Shown here one piece after another: positions 47,105-58,400 of a stretch of DNA of 64,000 nucleotides. The stretch covers positions 6,867,595 through 6,931,594 of the forward strand of contig NC_058054.1 of NCBI RefSeq assembly GCF_020085105.1. The letters run 5' to 3'. How positions within the stretch are numbered: position 1 is the first letter of the stretch; each line of letters begins with the position of its first letter. Origin of the DNA: Siniperca chuatsi (lineage: Eukaryota). The position numbers were made by a program, and so were the translations under genes. Under the pieces are notes generated by a model, which worked only from the letters and a program-made list of their open reading frames with translations, did not search any database and was not told the origin of the DNA.

Positions 47105-48725
47105 CTGAGGATAAAAAATAAGCACAAATGTTTCTTTACCAACACTTTAAACGCTAGTGAGTTAACAGTAACCAACCTCCTTCTGGTCTTAGATTAAAGC
47201 AAAATAATAGACAGACAAGAAATACCATTAGATAGTTTTAGAACCAAGATTTTGGTATTCAATTTTATTCTGTAGTGAATCTAAGCATATTTTATTTATG
47301 ATTTCTTCATTGATTAACTCACACTGAACCGCATAGATGTATTTTATCTATACACAGTTTTTAAATTGAATTTACAGGAAATCCACAAGGTCACAATGTA
47401 TATTCCTATTGCCATATCTAATACATATACTGTATTAAATTGTTTTATCTGTATTATCCACCCCTACAAGCACATACTGTCTGAAGAGCATAGTAAAATT
47501 AACAACACAACAACAAACACCAGAAAACTCATAACAAAAATCATGCCGTAGTGTTTCAGAAGCTTGTTTTGTTAGATAGTTTGTTGTTGAGTGACTGAAG
47601 GACTGGATTCAGCACTCGCACATAAGTTGAAATCTTTTTCCACAAATAATTGAGTCAGACTGTGATTCAGAAATGCTCTGTCTGTAAAGCTTTTTGCAGA
47701 AAACACATTTATAAATATGTATATATACAGTATAAGTATATGATATATGCAATGTATATATCTATTGAGTTTTTACAGAAGCACCATAAAGATTATCCTC
47801 TGCCACTGTGCCACGGTGTGGTATGCCAGCTGCATCTACACAAGAAGGTTAGCAACATCAGTAAGGACCCAACGCACTCAGTTCACAGTCTGTTTGTCTC
47901 CTTGCCATCGGGGAAGAGATACAGATCCATCAAAGCCCGATCTAACAAACTGAGGAACAGTTTCTTCCCCAGAGCTGTAGTCTCCATCACCCCCACCCAC
48001 CCATAGCTGTTGAGGACTGAGGACTGGACACTTTATTACATACAATACATATTACATCTGTAATATAAAATCTTCATACTACATTGTATCAATGTTATAA
48101 TAACAAGTACCTCATTCATCGTGCAATACCTGTTATACTGCACCGTTACGGTTTACCTGCCATGCATAATTAGGCTATATACAGATAGAGCTCACATGTC
48201 TCTGTATTGTTTTTAACTATCTAATTTGTTGTGCAATACCTTTTTATATAGTGCCTTAATTTATTATATATAGATAGAGGACTCTACCTCATTATTTTTA
48301 TCTTGTTTTCTATTGCTGCTGGTCTCTGAGAGTTACCAAACATAATTTCGTTGTATGCCTACAATGACAATAAAGTGTCTTATCTTATAATCGGTATTAT
48401 AGTCTAATTGTAGCAAATAATATCTTAAGAAAACAATAATTAGCAGATTGTTTCGGGGACCACTATATTTACCAGTCAAAATCTAGGTGAGAAATGTTAC
48501 ATTGCGTTGACAAAAAGCAACGTATTCAAACAGGAACAGACTGCTATTCACAGATGAAGACATGTGATAAATTAATGAATAAGAACAGTAAGTTTACTCC
48601 TACATAAACTGCGCTGTGAACAGAGCTAAACTATACTCCGTTTGTTTATCTCAGTCCTGTTTTTAACTGTCTGACCTCCATGGTAAAGATGCTGCGTTCA
48701 ATGACACTCACAAACTACACTCACC

Positions 48726-48793
48726 CTGCACATCATCTTCACGACAGTCGCCTTCTGGCAGAGGACACAGGCGCCATAGCTCCGTGATGCCAT
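48726..48793 (-). CDS. mettl17: Possible additional 5' exon of mettl17 (MASRSYGACVLCQKATVVKMMC + AG) ending at the strong donor CAG|gtgagtg. Its phase (2) does not join the downstream exon in frame, so it may be a 5' UTR exon, a uORF, or require an unseen intervening exon.
   Basis: ATG at 48793 on the minus strand. Donor gtgagtg at 48725-48719. Lies 630 bp from the parp2 ATG, head-to-head. Confidence 0.3.
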
Positions 48794-48978
48794 TTCTTCG
48801 GCGCCCGAACTGTGACTTCTTCTGTTTAAATGGCTCTAATTTTGAATTTAACTTTCATCCACACCGTGAAGACCACGGAGGCACGTTACGATTTTTTCTT
48901 TAACCAATCCTTCAACAAAATAATTCCGATCATCGGTTACGTCGGAACCTTTCGTCCCGAGGTTTTGTTCCACGAGCA

Positions 48979-48986
48979 TATATAAG
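48979..48986 (+). promoter_or_regulatory. Canonical TATA box (TATATAAG) in the mettl17-parp2 intergenic region.
   Basis: catatataagagag. The sequence is palindromic, so it could serve either strand. Confidence 0.5.
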
Positions 48987-49011
48987 AGAGACCCCTCACT
49001 CTGCCCTTGTT

Positions 49012-49225
49012 TCCGGGTACAGTCCAACATCTCATCTCGAAGATATTAATTTTAGCATAGTATGGACACAATTACGCATAAGCACGACATATTAAAAGCC
49101 ATTGCCAAAGTTGGACTATTTCTGATGAACTTTGAACATACTTTGAGCATCAAGCTCGACTTTGTTTCAGGTTTAGTGCTGAGATCGTTGCCATAGTAAC
49201 GGCAATGCCTCCACGCTTTTTTTTT
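49012..49225 (+). ncRNA. Candidate small Pol III-type (type-3 promoter-like) ncRNA of ~210 nt. It starts ~25-30 nt downstream of the TATA box and ends at a T9 terminator-like run, with internal long-range complementarity. Identity unknown.
   Basis: TATA at 48979-48986. A possible PSE-like element ttacgtcggaacctttcg lies at 48939-48956. The 8-mer AGTCCAAC (49021-49028) is complementary to GTTGGACT (49117-49124). A terminal hairpin ttgcc..ggcaa (49187-49205) is followed by TTTTTTTTT at 49217-49225. Confidence 0.25.
49217..49225 (+). terminator. T9 run, a Pol III terminator-like element.
   Basis: ccacgctttttttttgacg. Confidence 0.35.
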
Positions 49226-49239
49226 GACGAGGGTGTAGA

Positions 49240-49248
49240 GCGCATGCG
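49240..49248. promoter_or_regulatory. parp2: NRF1-like palindromic motif GCGCATGCG in the parp2 proximal promoter, ~180 bp upstream of the ATG.
   Basis: gagcgcatgcgtc. A Kozak-consensus accaccATGa sits at the start codon. Confidence 0.4.
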
Positions 49249-49426
49249 TCTGGGTCACAATAGGTTTTGTTTTAACCACGGAGTGATTCATCTCGATGCT
49301 AGACGATCTTTATATTTTAGCGGCACCACAGACTAGGAAACAGCGGCGGGGAAAGTTTTCCGCCGTCTTTGTTGTCACTGTGTCACCTTCGTTACTGTAC
49401 CTACCTGGCTATTTTCATAAACCACC

Positions 49427-49499
49427 ATGAGGCGTACAAGAAGTTCGAGAAATAAAAGTCAGAGTGCACAAGAAAATGAAGAAGTACAGTCAAAAACAG
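49427..49499 (+). CDS. parp2: parp2 exon 1: [24 protein letters not shown], a basic N-terminus.
   Basis: Kozak accaccATGa. Donor G|gttggt. Confidence 0.85.
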
Positions 49500-52400
49500 G
49501 TTGGTGCTAGTTTCCCGTAGGAAGGTTAGCTTGACAGGATAGCTAGCTGCTGTAACGTCGGCTATCGGGAAAATAAAGGAAAAAAAATGTTACGTACTTA
49601 TGGCCCATGCAGGCTTTACTGTTGTTGCAAAGCTTTTTAGGAAACAACATTTGTTTCTGCCCAGGGTGGCATCTATACCTGTAACAAGTTGACCATGTTA
49701 GTAAAAACCAGTCATTGCCCCACACTTAACACCTGTTTAAAACTCCAGTAACCTAAAGGTATTTGAGGCCTAAAGTGTGCATTTCTCAGGTGCATGTGCA
49801 TTTATAAGGTACAACCGTTTTGTACAGTCTATGGGTACAACTAGCTAGAACCAATACAGTCTAATACAACATGCAGGATGGTTATAATGTTCAGTTTTTG
49901 TTTTAGAAAGGTGTTGATTCAACTTTATAGTCATTTTGGAGGCTGCAGTTTGGGGTGCTGTTGAATCAGCACTGATGTGCATTTGTCCAAACCTATGTGC
50001 AACTCAGGTTATGCTTTTCAGACAAGGCATTTTAAGGCAACATATAAGTTGGAAGTAAAGTCGTTAAAGACCACTAAATTCATTCTGTTTCTAATGATAA
50101 TTGTGTAGTTGTTTTAAAGTACATACTGTTGGGGGGAAAGTGCTCAATCAGACGAATATCAGCAGTAAGAATAAGCTTTTACAGCTGATATCAGACTGTA
50201 TTGGTTTGGCAATATGTTGGTGCTTCTATTAAGATTGTTATCCTAAACTGCTGCCTTGGTAATTGAAGACTATCTGGTTGAATCAAAGTTGCAAAGAAGC
50301 ATATTTTGTAGTTTTTCCCTCTCTGCCCCATTTGCGTATGATTGGTCAGGTTTTCCCTACATTTTTCTCTGCAAGGACCTCTTCAAAACAGATCCGTATC
50401 GGATGCCAGACTCAATTTCAGTACCTCCAAAAAGCTTTACAAATTTTAAATATAAAAAAGAAACAACTGAGTCAACAATAACATAAAACGTATTAACAGT
50501 GTTAACTACATTTTTTTCCTAAAATGAAATAGAAGGTGAACCGAAACAGTAACGTGGAAGGGAGAGACTGCAGTCAAGTATTTCAATGAAAAGAAATGCC
50601 ATGTCGTGTCTATTAATTTAATCAGTCCCAACTTTTCTTCAATCTTAAATTGAAAATTTTTGTTCCACACTCCCAGTTGTTAGATATGACTTAGTACTAA
50701 AATATGTAAATATACTACATACCAGAGCTGCTTTGCACGATTATTTTCATTATTAATTTAGTAGCTATTTTTGATTAATTCAACAATCATTTTCTCTTTA
50801 AACTCTCAAAATAATGACAAGGGAACTTACCAGAACTTAAAGTGCTGTTTGAAATTAAAGTATTTGAATTGTTACAGTGGTAATAACAGCCTTTCTCACT
50901 GTGTGTGTTCAGTGTGGCAGTGGAAAGGAGATGATGGACAGTGGGAACCATACTCGCCTTCAGCCTGCGCCTTGTTGGACTCCGCCGTCTCTTCAGGAAA
51001 AACCTCTGTCACTCTGACTCTGGGCTCTGGGACGGCCTACGAAGTCGACCTGAAGAAGATGGTCCAGATTAATCCTGTCACCAAGTACAAGAGGAAGATT
51101 CGCTCTCAGACAGTAAAACCAGGTATGTGTGTGTTATGTGTTATGTCTTATGTCTTGTCATTTTCTGCCACAGCACGTTTTATTTTAAATAAGTTATATT
51201 ATTTTAAATTGTTTTTTAATTTCCGTCATCTCCTCTGCTTGGATTTTTGCTATCAGTGTGTATTATTTTGCATTTAATTAATAACTTTGTCATGTTGATG
51301 TCTTAAGGTTTCTTAGGGTGTCTTGTAGCCAACAAATCCAACTTTCCCAAAAATTACCATCATCCTATTTCACATTTTTTTAACAGTTGTTTTATTAGAT
51401 TTATTACATTTAATAGATTTACACATTTTACACATTGTAACCTTTTTAGGAAAGGCTTTGTGTAGTAGTTAGTAGTCATAGTAGAAGTATTAAATTAAAT
51501 TTATATTGTTTTTGTTCAGTTTTTTAATTGTATTTGTAAATCATTGTATCATTGTATAAATCTATAATCATTGTATATCAACATTACTGAAGGTATTTAA
51601 AATGTTTCCTCTCTTGTCTTCTTTTGTTCAGAAAGTTTGAATGAAGCTGGTGACGTGACTGCTCATAATGGGAGGCCAGTTCAAGTTAAAGAGGAAGAGG
51701 AGGAGCAACCTGCAGCTAAGAGGAGAAGAGGGCAAAGCAAAAAGGAGAGTCAGACAAAAGCTGAAGAAATGCCCAAAGAAGAAATAAAAAGTGAAGGTAA
51801 CGTGGATCTAATTGTCATGTATGTTGCTATGTAATACCGTAAGACAATGAAATAGGATTTTAAAGTTGTGGGTAACTGGTTTCCGTTTTAGTTTTGTTTT
51901 TTCGGTTTATTCAGGTTAAAAGGACATGGTGTTACCTGTACTTCATAGTAGATGTCAGTTGACCTCATTAATGGTTTGTCTCTGATCTTTGGATGTTGAA
52001 CAGAGGTTGTGAGGACGGTGGTCATGAAAGGAAAAGCTCCAGTGGACCCTGAATGTAAAGCCAAACTCGGAAAGGTGCAGTATCTATATCCACACGAGAT
52101 ATGAAACTCAAGATTTACATGCTTCTGGTTTAAAACCTGTTTGAAGAGCATTCCAGTTGCAGTTCCCCTTGAGAGCATGTCAGTTTGTGGTTTATTATAC
52201 ATGGGTGTGTTACTATTCTGTTAAATGTCGGATCTTAAATCAGTCAATTGATTGCCGTTTGAATATTTTAAATGATTGTTGTACCCAGAGCAACTTCTTA
52301 GAAATTTTATTTTGTGTGTGCAGGTCAATGGGCAATAGATATGAAAGCATATCACTGCGGTTACTTACAGTAACAATGTACGATGTAGGTTTGATTCTTG

Positions 52401-55400
52401 GAAATGAACATTTAATTAGTAATCATTATTAAGTATCTTCTATAATCTTTAATAAAACAGCCATACTAGCACAAACATTTAGAGCTGCAACAGTTAGTTG
52501 ATGAAAAGAAGACAATGAGTTGTCGACTATTTTCATAATCGACTAAATTGCTTCAGTAATTTTTATTGCAAAAATTTAAAATTTGCTGGTTCCAGCTTCT
52601 CATATATGAGGATTTACCACTTGTCTATATCTATATATCATATATGATAATGAATAAAATATGTTTCAGTTTTGGACTGTTTGCCGAACAAACCAAGCAG
52701 CTTTAGGGCGTCACTTTGGGTTCTGGGAAGTTGTGTTGGCCGTTTTTCACTACTCTGTGAAAATGTACTTTATCACTTGTGTTATGTATGAACAATTTCA
52801 TAAATCATTGTTGTCTTAATAAACTGTACAAAAAAATTCATGCAGTGTAAAGAAAGGAAATAAGAAGTTTACAGTTTTTAATTTCCCCCTGCAGATCAGG
52901 TGTGGTTACCTTCATTTATTTTAGTAACTGTTCAATTTCTCTTTCAGGCTCATGTTTACAGTGAAGGAAATGATGTTTACGACGTGATGCTAAATCAGGT
53001 AAAATGTTTAATAGCATTTAATTACAAGTTGACTCAAAGGGATCTGCCAAATGAATATCCTAAAATGTTGAGAGGGAATTTTCTTACACTCAAAGCTGGA
53101 AGGGCTTTTTGGTCAAAATTCAAAAGCAGTAGTCTTTATTTCCATATTGAGTAGTGCTGACTGACTAAAAAAGTAATTGTCAATAGTTAATAGATATTCA
53201 ATCACAATCGTTCACCACAGTTATACTTATTAGAGCGAAATGTATTTAACTACGCTTCTTGGCTCGATAACGTTCCGGCTGTTTTCACCTACACTTCAAT
53301 GTGTGATATGCGATTCTTCATAGCTAATAATGCAGCTCCTATACTGAAAAACAGAAATCAAGTGAAGGCTTTAATTGTATTTTCATTTTACATTTTGATT
53401 TGTGGGAAAGTGAATATATTGTTACCTTTCTGTTTTATTTTGTAGACAAATCTTCAGTTTAACAACAACAAATACTACCTGATCCAGCTGCTGGAGGACG
53501 ACAGCTCCAAGGCTTACAGTGTGTGGTTTAGATGGGGCAGAGGTGAGTTTATGTGCCCATGATTGTTAGCATATCTGACAGATGTATAAATGTTTGTATT
53601 TAAGCAGGAAATTAACACCAGCCTGCAGTTCAGAAGATCTTTTCTAAATTGTAAACTAACCGATTAAATATATTTTGGTGTTTCTCCACTGTTTTTCAGT
53701 GGGAAAAGTGGGTCAAAACAGTCTGACAGCCTGTGGTGGAGACCTGCTGAAAGCCAAAGATTTCTTCAAGAAAAAGTGAGATTGTGCTATTAAAAAATAT
53801 ATTTCTGGATGTCTCCCATTGAAGTGAGATTAATAACATTCTGAAACTGGTTTGTTTTGCCACAGGTTCTTTGACAAGACCAAGAATGAGTGGGAACACC
53901 GAGCGAGTTTTGAGAAAGTAGCTGGAAAATACGACATGGTGTTCATGGACTACAGCACGAATGAAAAGGCAAGGAGCAAGACAAAGAACCAACAACTTAT
54001 ATATCTCCTCATTATCTTTGTAATTAGGACTTGACAACTCAGAAATAGGAGCTTTCATTGAATTGCAGGTAAGGTCTATCATTATGAACACTGCCGTATT
54101 TCACTGTTCCAGGAGGAGAACCAGACCACAGTGGATGTTGCACTCAAAAAGAGGACCTCCAAGCTGGATGTGAAGATCCAGTCGCTCCTGGAGCTAATCT
54201 GTGACCTCAAAGCCATGGAGGAGTGTGTGCTGGAGATGAAGTTTGACACCCGGAAAGCTCCTCTCGGTCAGTCTGACAGAATCGAAATCGCAATAGAAAT
54301 GTACCGGAATTTGTCCCGTTATACTCTTTTAATTTCTACTAACAACATTCACAGAATTTAATAAAATTTTACATAGAGCACATATAGCATTTAAAAATAT
54401 TATATATATATATATATAAAAGTTGCTGCGATGTGATCCAAAGATGCAATAAAACAAGTTCTCATCATTTTAGCTCCAATTGTGCCACCTGACTGTATGA
54501 GTAGCTGGTGACAAACATGTAACCAGTATTTTCAAACCTTTCGTTGTTGTGCTTCATATTTCATATTCATATTTCTTCATATTTTAAATTCAGTATTTAT
54601 CTTTCTACCTGCAGGCAAGCTGACCTCAGAGCAGATCCGTGCAGGCTACACGGCACTGAAGAAAATTGAGACGTGTATGAAGAAGAAGGGCAGCAGTCGT
54701 GAGCTGCTGGAAGCATGCAACCAGTTCTACACCCGCATCCCTCATGACTTTGGGTAAGGAATATCTGGCTGTACAGTTAGAGAGATGCACTAATGCTGCT
54801 GTGAAATTGATGTCTAAATGCTGACTTGCTGTAACTAAAAGATGTAATTTTCCAGGTTGAAAACTCCTCCAATCATTCGTACAGAAGATGAGCTGAAGGA
54901 AAAAATTGCACTGTTGGAGGTACAGGGGTTCTCCATTAAGTGAGGTCTACAATTATTCTGTTTATGTCTTTACTTAAATCTGTGGTCATACATTTTTTTT
55001 ATCTTATTTCTTTTTTCAGGCTCTGAGTGACATTCAGATAGCAGTGAAAATGGTTCAGTCCAGTGAAGACAGTGATGAACATCCTCTGGACAGACAGTAC
55101 AGCTCCCTCCAGTGCCAACTGCAGCCTCTGGACTCAAGCTGCCATGAGTACAAGGTCAGCGTTTTTCTATTCATAACTGTTACAGTGATAATGATTTATT
55201 AACCTGGACTAATACACTGCTACTGTGTTCATGGATGCACGCTCAAGATTTATGTGGAGCATTTATTATCTAACCAAGTCACTGAAATTGTCATCACAAC
55301 AGTCAAACCAGAAAAGTAGGTCCAAGTCAATCAGGATTTTCAAGACACTCTTTCAAGACAGTTTGCTCTTGGCCAATTAATATTCCCAAACCAACATCAT

Positions 55401-58400
55401 AGGCTGATGTATTTGTTCTTGGTCAGTCAAACTGCACCAAAAACATCAAATGATCCAAGGCAACTTAATATAATATCCTTTGCAAGATGATGATGCAGAC
55501 GGCACTCTCTGTGTTGCGCTCTCTTTTTTCTTTTTCTGTTTTTGTTTATTTGTTCAGTTTTCAGCTCTCCCTTTCCGATTACATTCACCGGGGAGGAACT
55601 TTTATATACACATCTATTTTTTCACGTACTTGTATGTACATTATAGTTAAATGTTTATCTGTCTTTGTTCAGCTTTGTTGTTGTTGTTTTTAGCTGTAGT
55701 CCTATGTCTATTTGTCTCTTCCTGAAAATTGCGTGTAAGTACATCGTGAGCAACGAAAAATCTGAGTCAATTTCCTTGTAGGTGTACACATACTTGACCA
55801 GTAAAGCTGTGGATCCTGATAATCCACATATAAAATGTTGAACTGCTCCTCTAGGTCTAGTATTTTGTTGAAAATCGTACATGTACTTCAGTGCGACTGA
55901 ATAGCCCTTATTGGATTTTTTTTTAAACTATTGGTGAGGTACCTTGCATACGTGGTCAATTGTAGATGATGTTGCATATTAATGTTTTTCAGCTACAATG
56001 GAGTTGAATGTCTAAAGAATTTTCAGATGTGTTTATATATGTGTATGTATATCTAAGTATATCTGTATCTATATCTATAATGTAATGGTACATGAAACAG
56101 CAACATTTTCTTTGTAGAGCTGCCTTTCTGTACAAACTTCAAGCCACCACACAGGGAGGGACTGTTTCATTGTAAACTTTCCTCTTCTCTGTGTGAAGGT
56201 GATAGAAAAGTATCTACAGTCCACTCACGCCCCCACCCATTGTGACTACACCATGACTGTGCTTGACATCTTCTCAGTGGACAGAGAGGGGGAGAGTAAC
56301 AACTTCCTCTCACAGTTACACAACAGGTAATACACAGTGGGCTTAGTGTTTGTATAAATTGGGAATACACCTGTTGGCTTTGATAAATACCATTACTGGT
56401 TTATGTCGCCTCAGATGTTATATTGTATGTGCTGTGCTTCTTTGAAATCTGCATTGCTACAAAGTTTGCCTGCATAACGTCTGACAATGAAATCAATAAA
56501 ATATGGTGCTCTTAGAAGTGAACTTCTCTTCACACAGCCCACTATGTCTATCTATCTGTCTGTCTACCTACCTACCTACCTGTCTGTCTACCAGGACTCT
56601 GTTGTGGCATGGTTCCCGTCTGTCTAACTGGGTCGGCATCCTCAGTCAGGGGCTCCGAGTGGCCCCACCTGAAGCTCCTGTCACTGGTTACATGGTAGGA
56701 TGGACAGAAAAATACATGCAATTACTGTTTTTCACTTGATACATCCGTATCAAGTGAAATAATAATTTCCGTTTCTCTTTCATCTAGTTTGGAAAAGGCG
56801 TCTACTTTGCTGACATGTCGTCAAAGAGTGCCAACTACTGCTTTGCCAATCAGCACAACCACGTTGGACTGCTGCTTCTGTGTGAGGTGAGTTGATTGAC
56901 TCTTTTCTGTGGCCAGATTAAATGTTTTGTCTCACCTGCCAGTGGCTGTTAAATGGCTGGTAAAGAAAATTTACAGAAGTAATTGTGTGTGCATCCCATT
57001 CTATATTTAGGCCAAATGCAGTACAACAGATTCAATGGAGGAAAAAAAGTGTAGTGTCTGCACACTGGATTTTAGCTCCCCAAAATTTATTAGTATTATA
57101 TTAGTATTTGACTGAAAAAGGCAATATTTCGACCCTTTATCATATTTTGAATGTTTTTCAAATCATTAAAAAAATTCATATAAAGACTAACCAGCCACGT
57201 CACACAATATGAAAACATTTTAATCAGTGGGATCTATTAAATGTGATCAAATGAATCAATTTTTTTCTATTTAAACTTTGTATAGACTTGTCTTGTATCA
57301 CTCTGTTTCAGGAATATACTTTTTTCTTTTTCTTTTTTTAAAACAAACAGACATTTAGGGTGTTTTTTAGATGTATTTTGTGGGATTACTGTGACTGTGT
57401 TTTGTGATTCTTTCAGGCACTGACAATGTATTTTATCTTGATTATGTATCAAGTCATATCATGAATAGGTACTTATAATGACATCAGCATTTGGTGTCTG
57501 TATATTTGTCAGATGAAGACCAGGTAGGGAGCAAAACAGTGTGCAGGAGTTTTATCATTGGTAAAGAAAGTTTATCTGCCAAGAAACAATTTTGCCATCC
57601 AGTATAACCCATATACTGTAATTAGTTTGGGTGTTATCAGTCTATAGCATAGGTTAAGCACTGTGTAAAACATTGAACTCATTTATAGAGTAGATTTGCT
57701 TTTTGCAGGTCTCACACCTGCTATATGTCAACTCTATTTCTACAAATACTAAGATGTTCAATGATGATGTACACTGATGAGGAGTGTAAAAAAAGTATGT
57801 TTACATTGTTGTATCGTAGAAAAGGTTTAAGTCGTAGTCATCTGGACACTGTTTTCAGACGTTTCGGCTCCCATCCGGAAGTCATTCTCAATTGAGAATG
57901 ACTTCCGGATGGGAGCCGAAACGTCTTGATTCTGAAAACAGTGTCCAGATGACTACGACTGAAACCTTTTCTACGATAGAACACTCCTGGACGAATGAGG
58001 GACTACACCGTTTTACATTGTTGTATTAAATTTACTGGGAAAGATAGCAAGAGATATCCTCCAAAGACTAATTGTGCCAGTAGTTGGTGCGTTTATTTCA
58101 GACCCTGTAGACCTGCCAATACAAGTCCACAACTCGTATTAACAATAAAAACCAACATGATGTGAACTTCACATTACATGTTTGGCCCAGATGTGATGCA
58201 GCACTGTTTTAACGTCCATGCTTTGTGTCTGTGTGTGGTTGCAGGTCGCTCTGGGAGACTGTAACGAGCTGCTGGATGCCGACTTCGAGGCCAGCAGTCT
58301 GCCTGCTGGAAAACACAGCACCAAGGGCCTGGGACAGACTGCACCTGACCCCAAAAACTCCATCACTCTGTTAGTCTGTCTCATTACACTGATACATTGG

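Noticed and set aside
48800-49420. Searched both strands of the mettl17-parp2 intergenic region for an RNase P RNA (RPPH1) gene, because human RPPH1 shares the PARP2 promoter.
   Set aside because: No GC-rich CR-I/CR-V-like blocks (GGGAAGGTCTGAGA / AGGTCAGACTGGGCAG type) on either strand. The only Pol III-like unit found is the unrelated candidate at 49012-49225.
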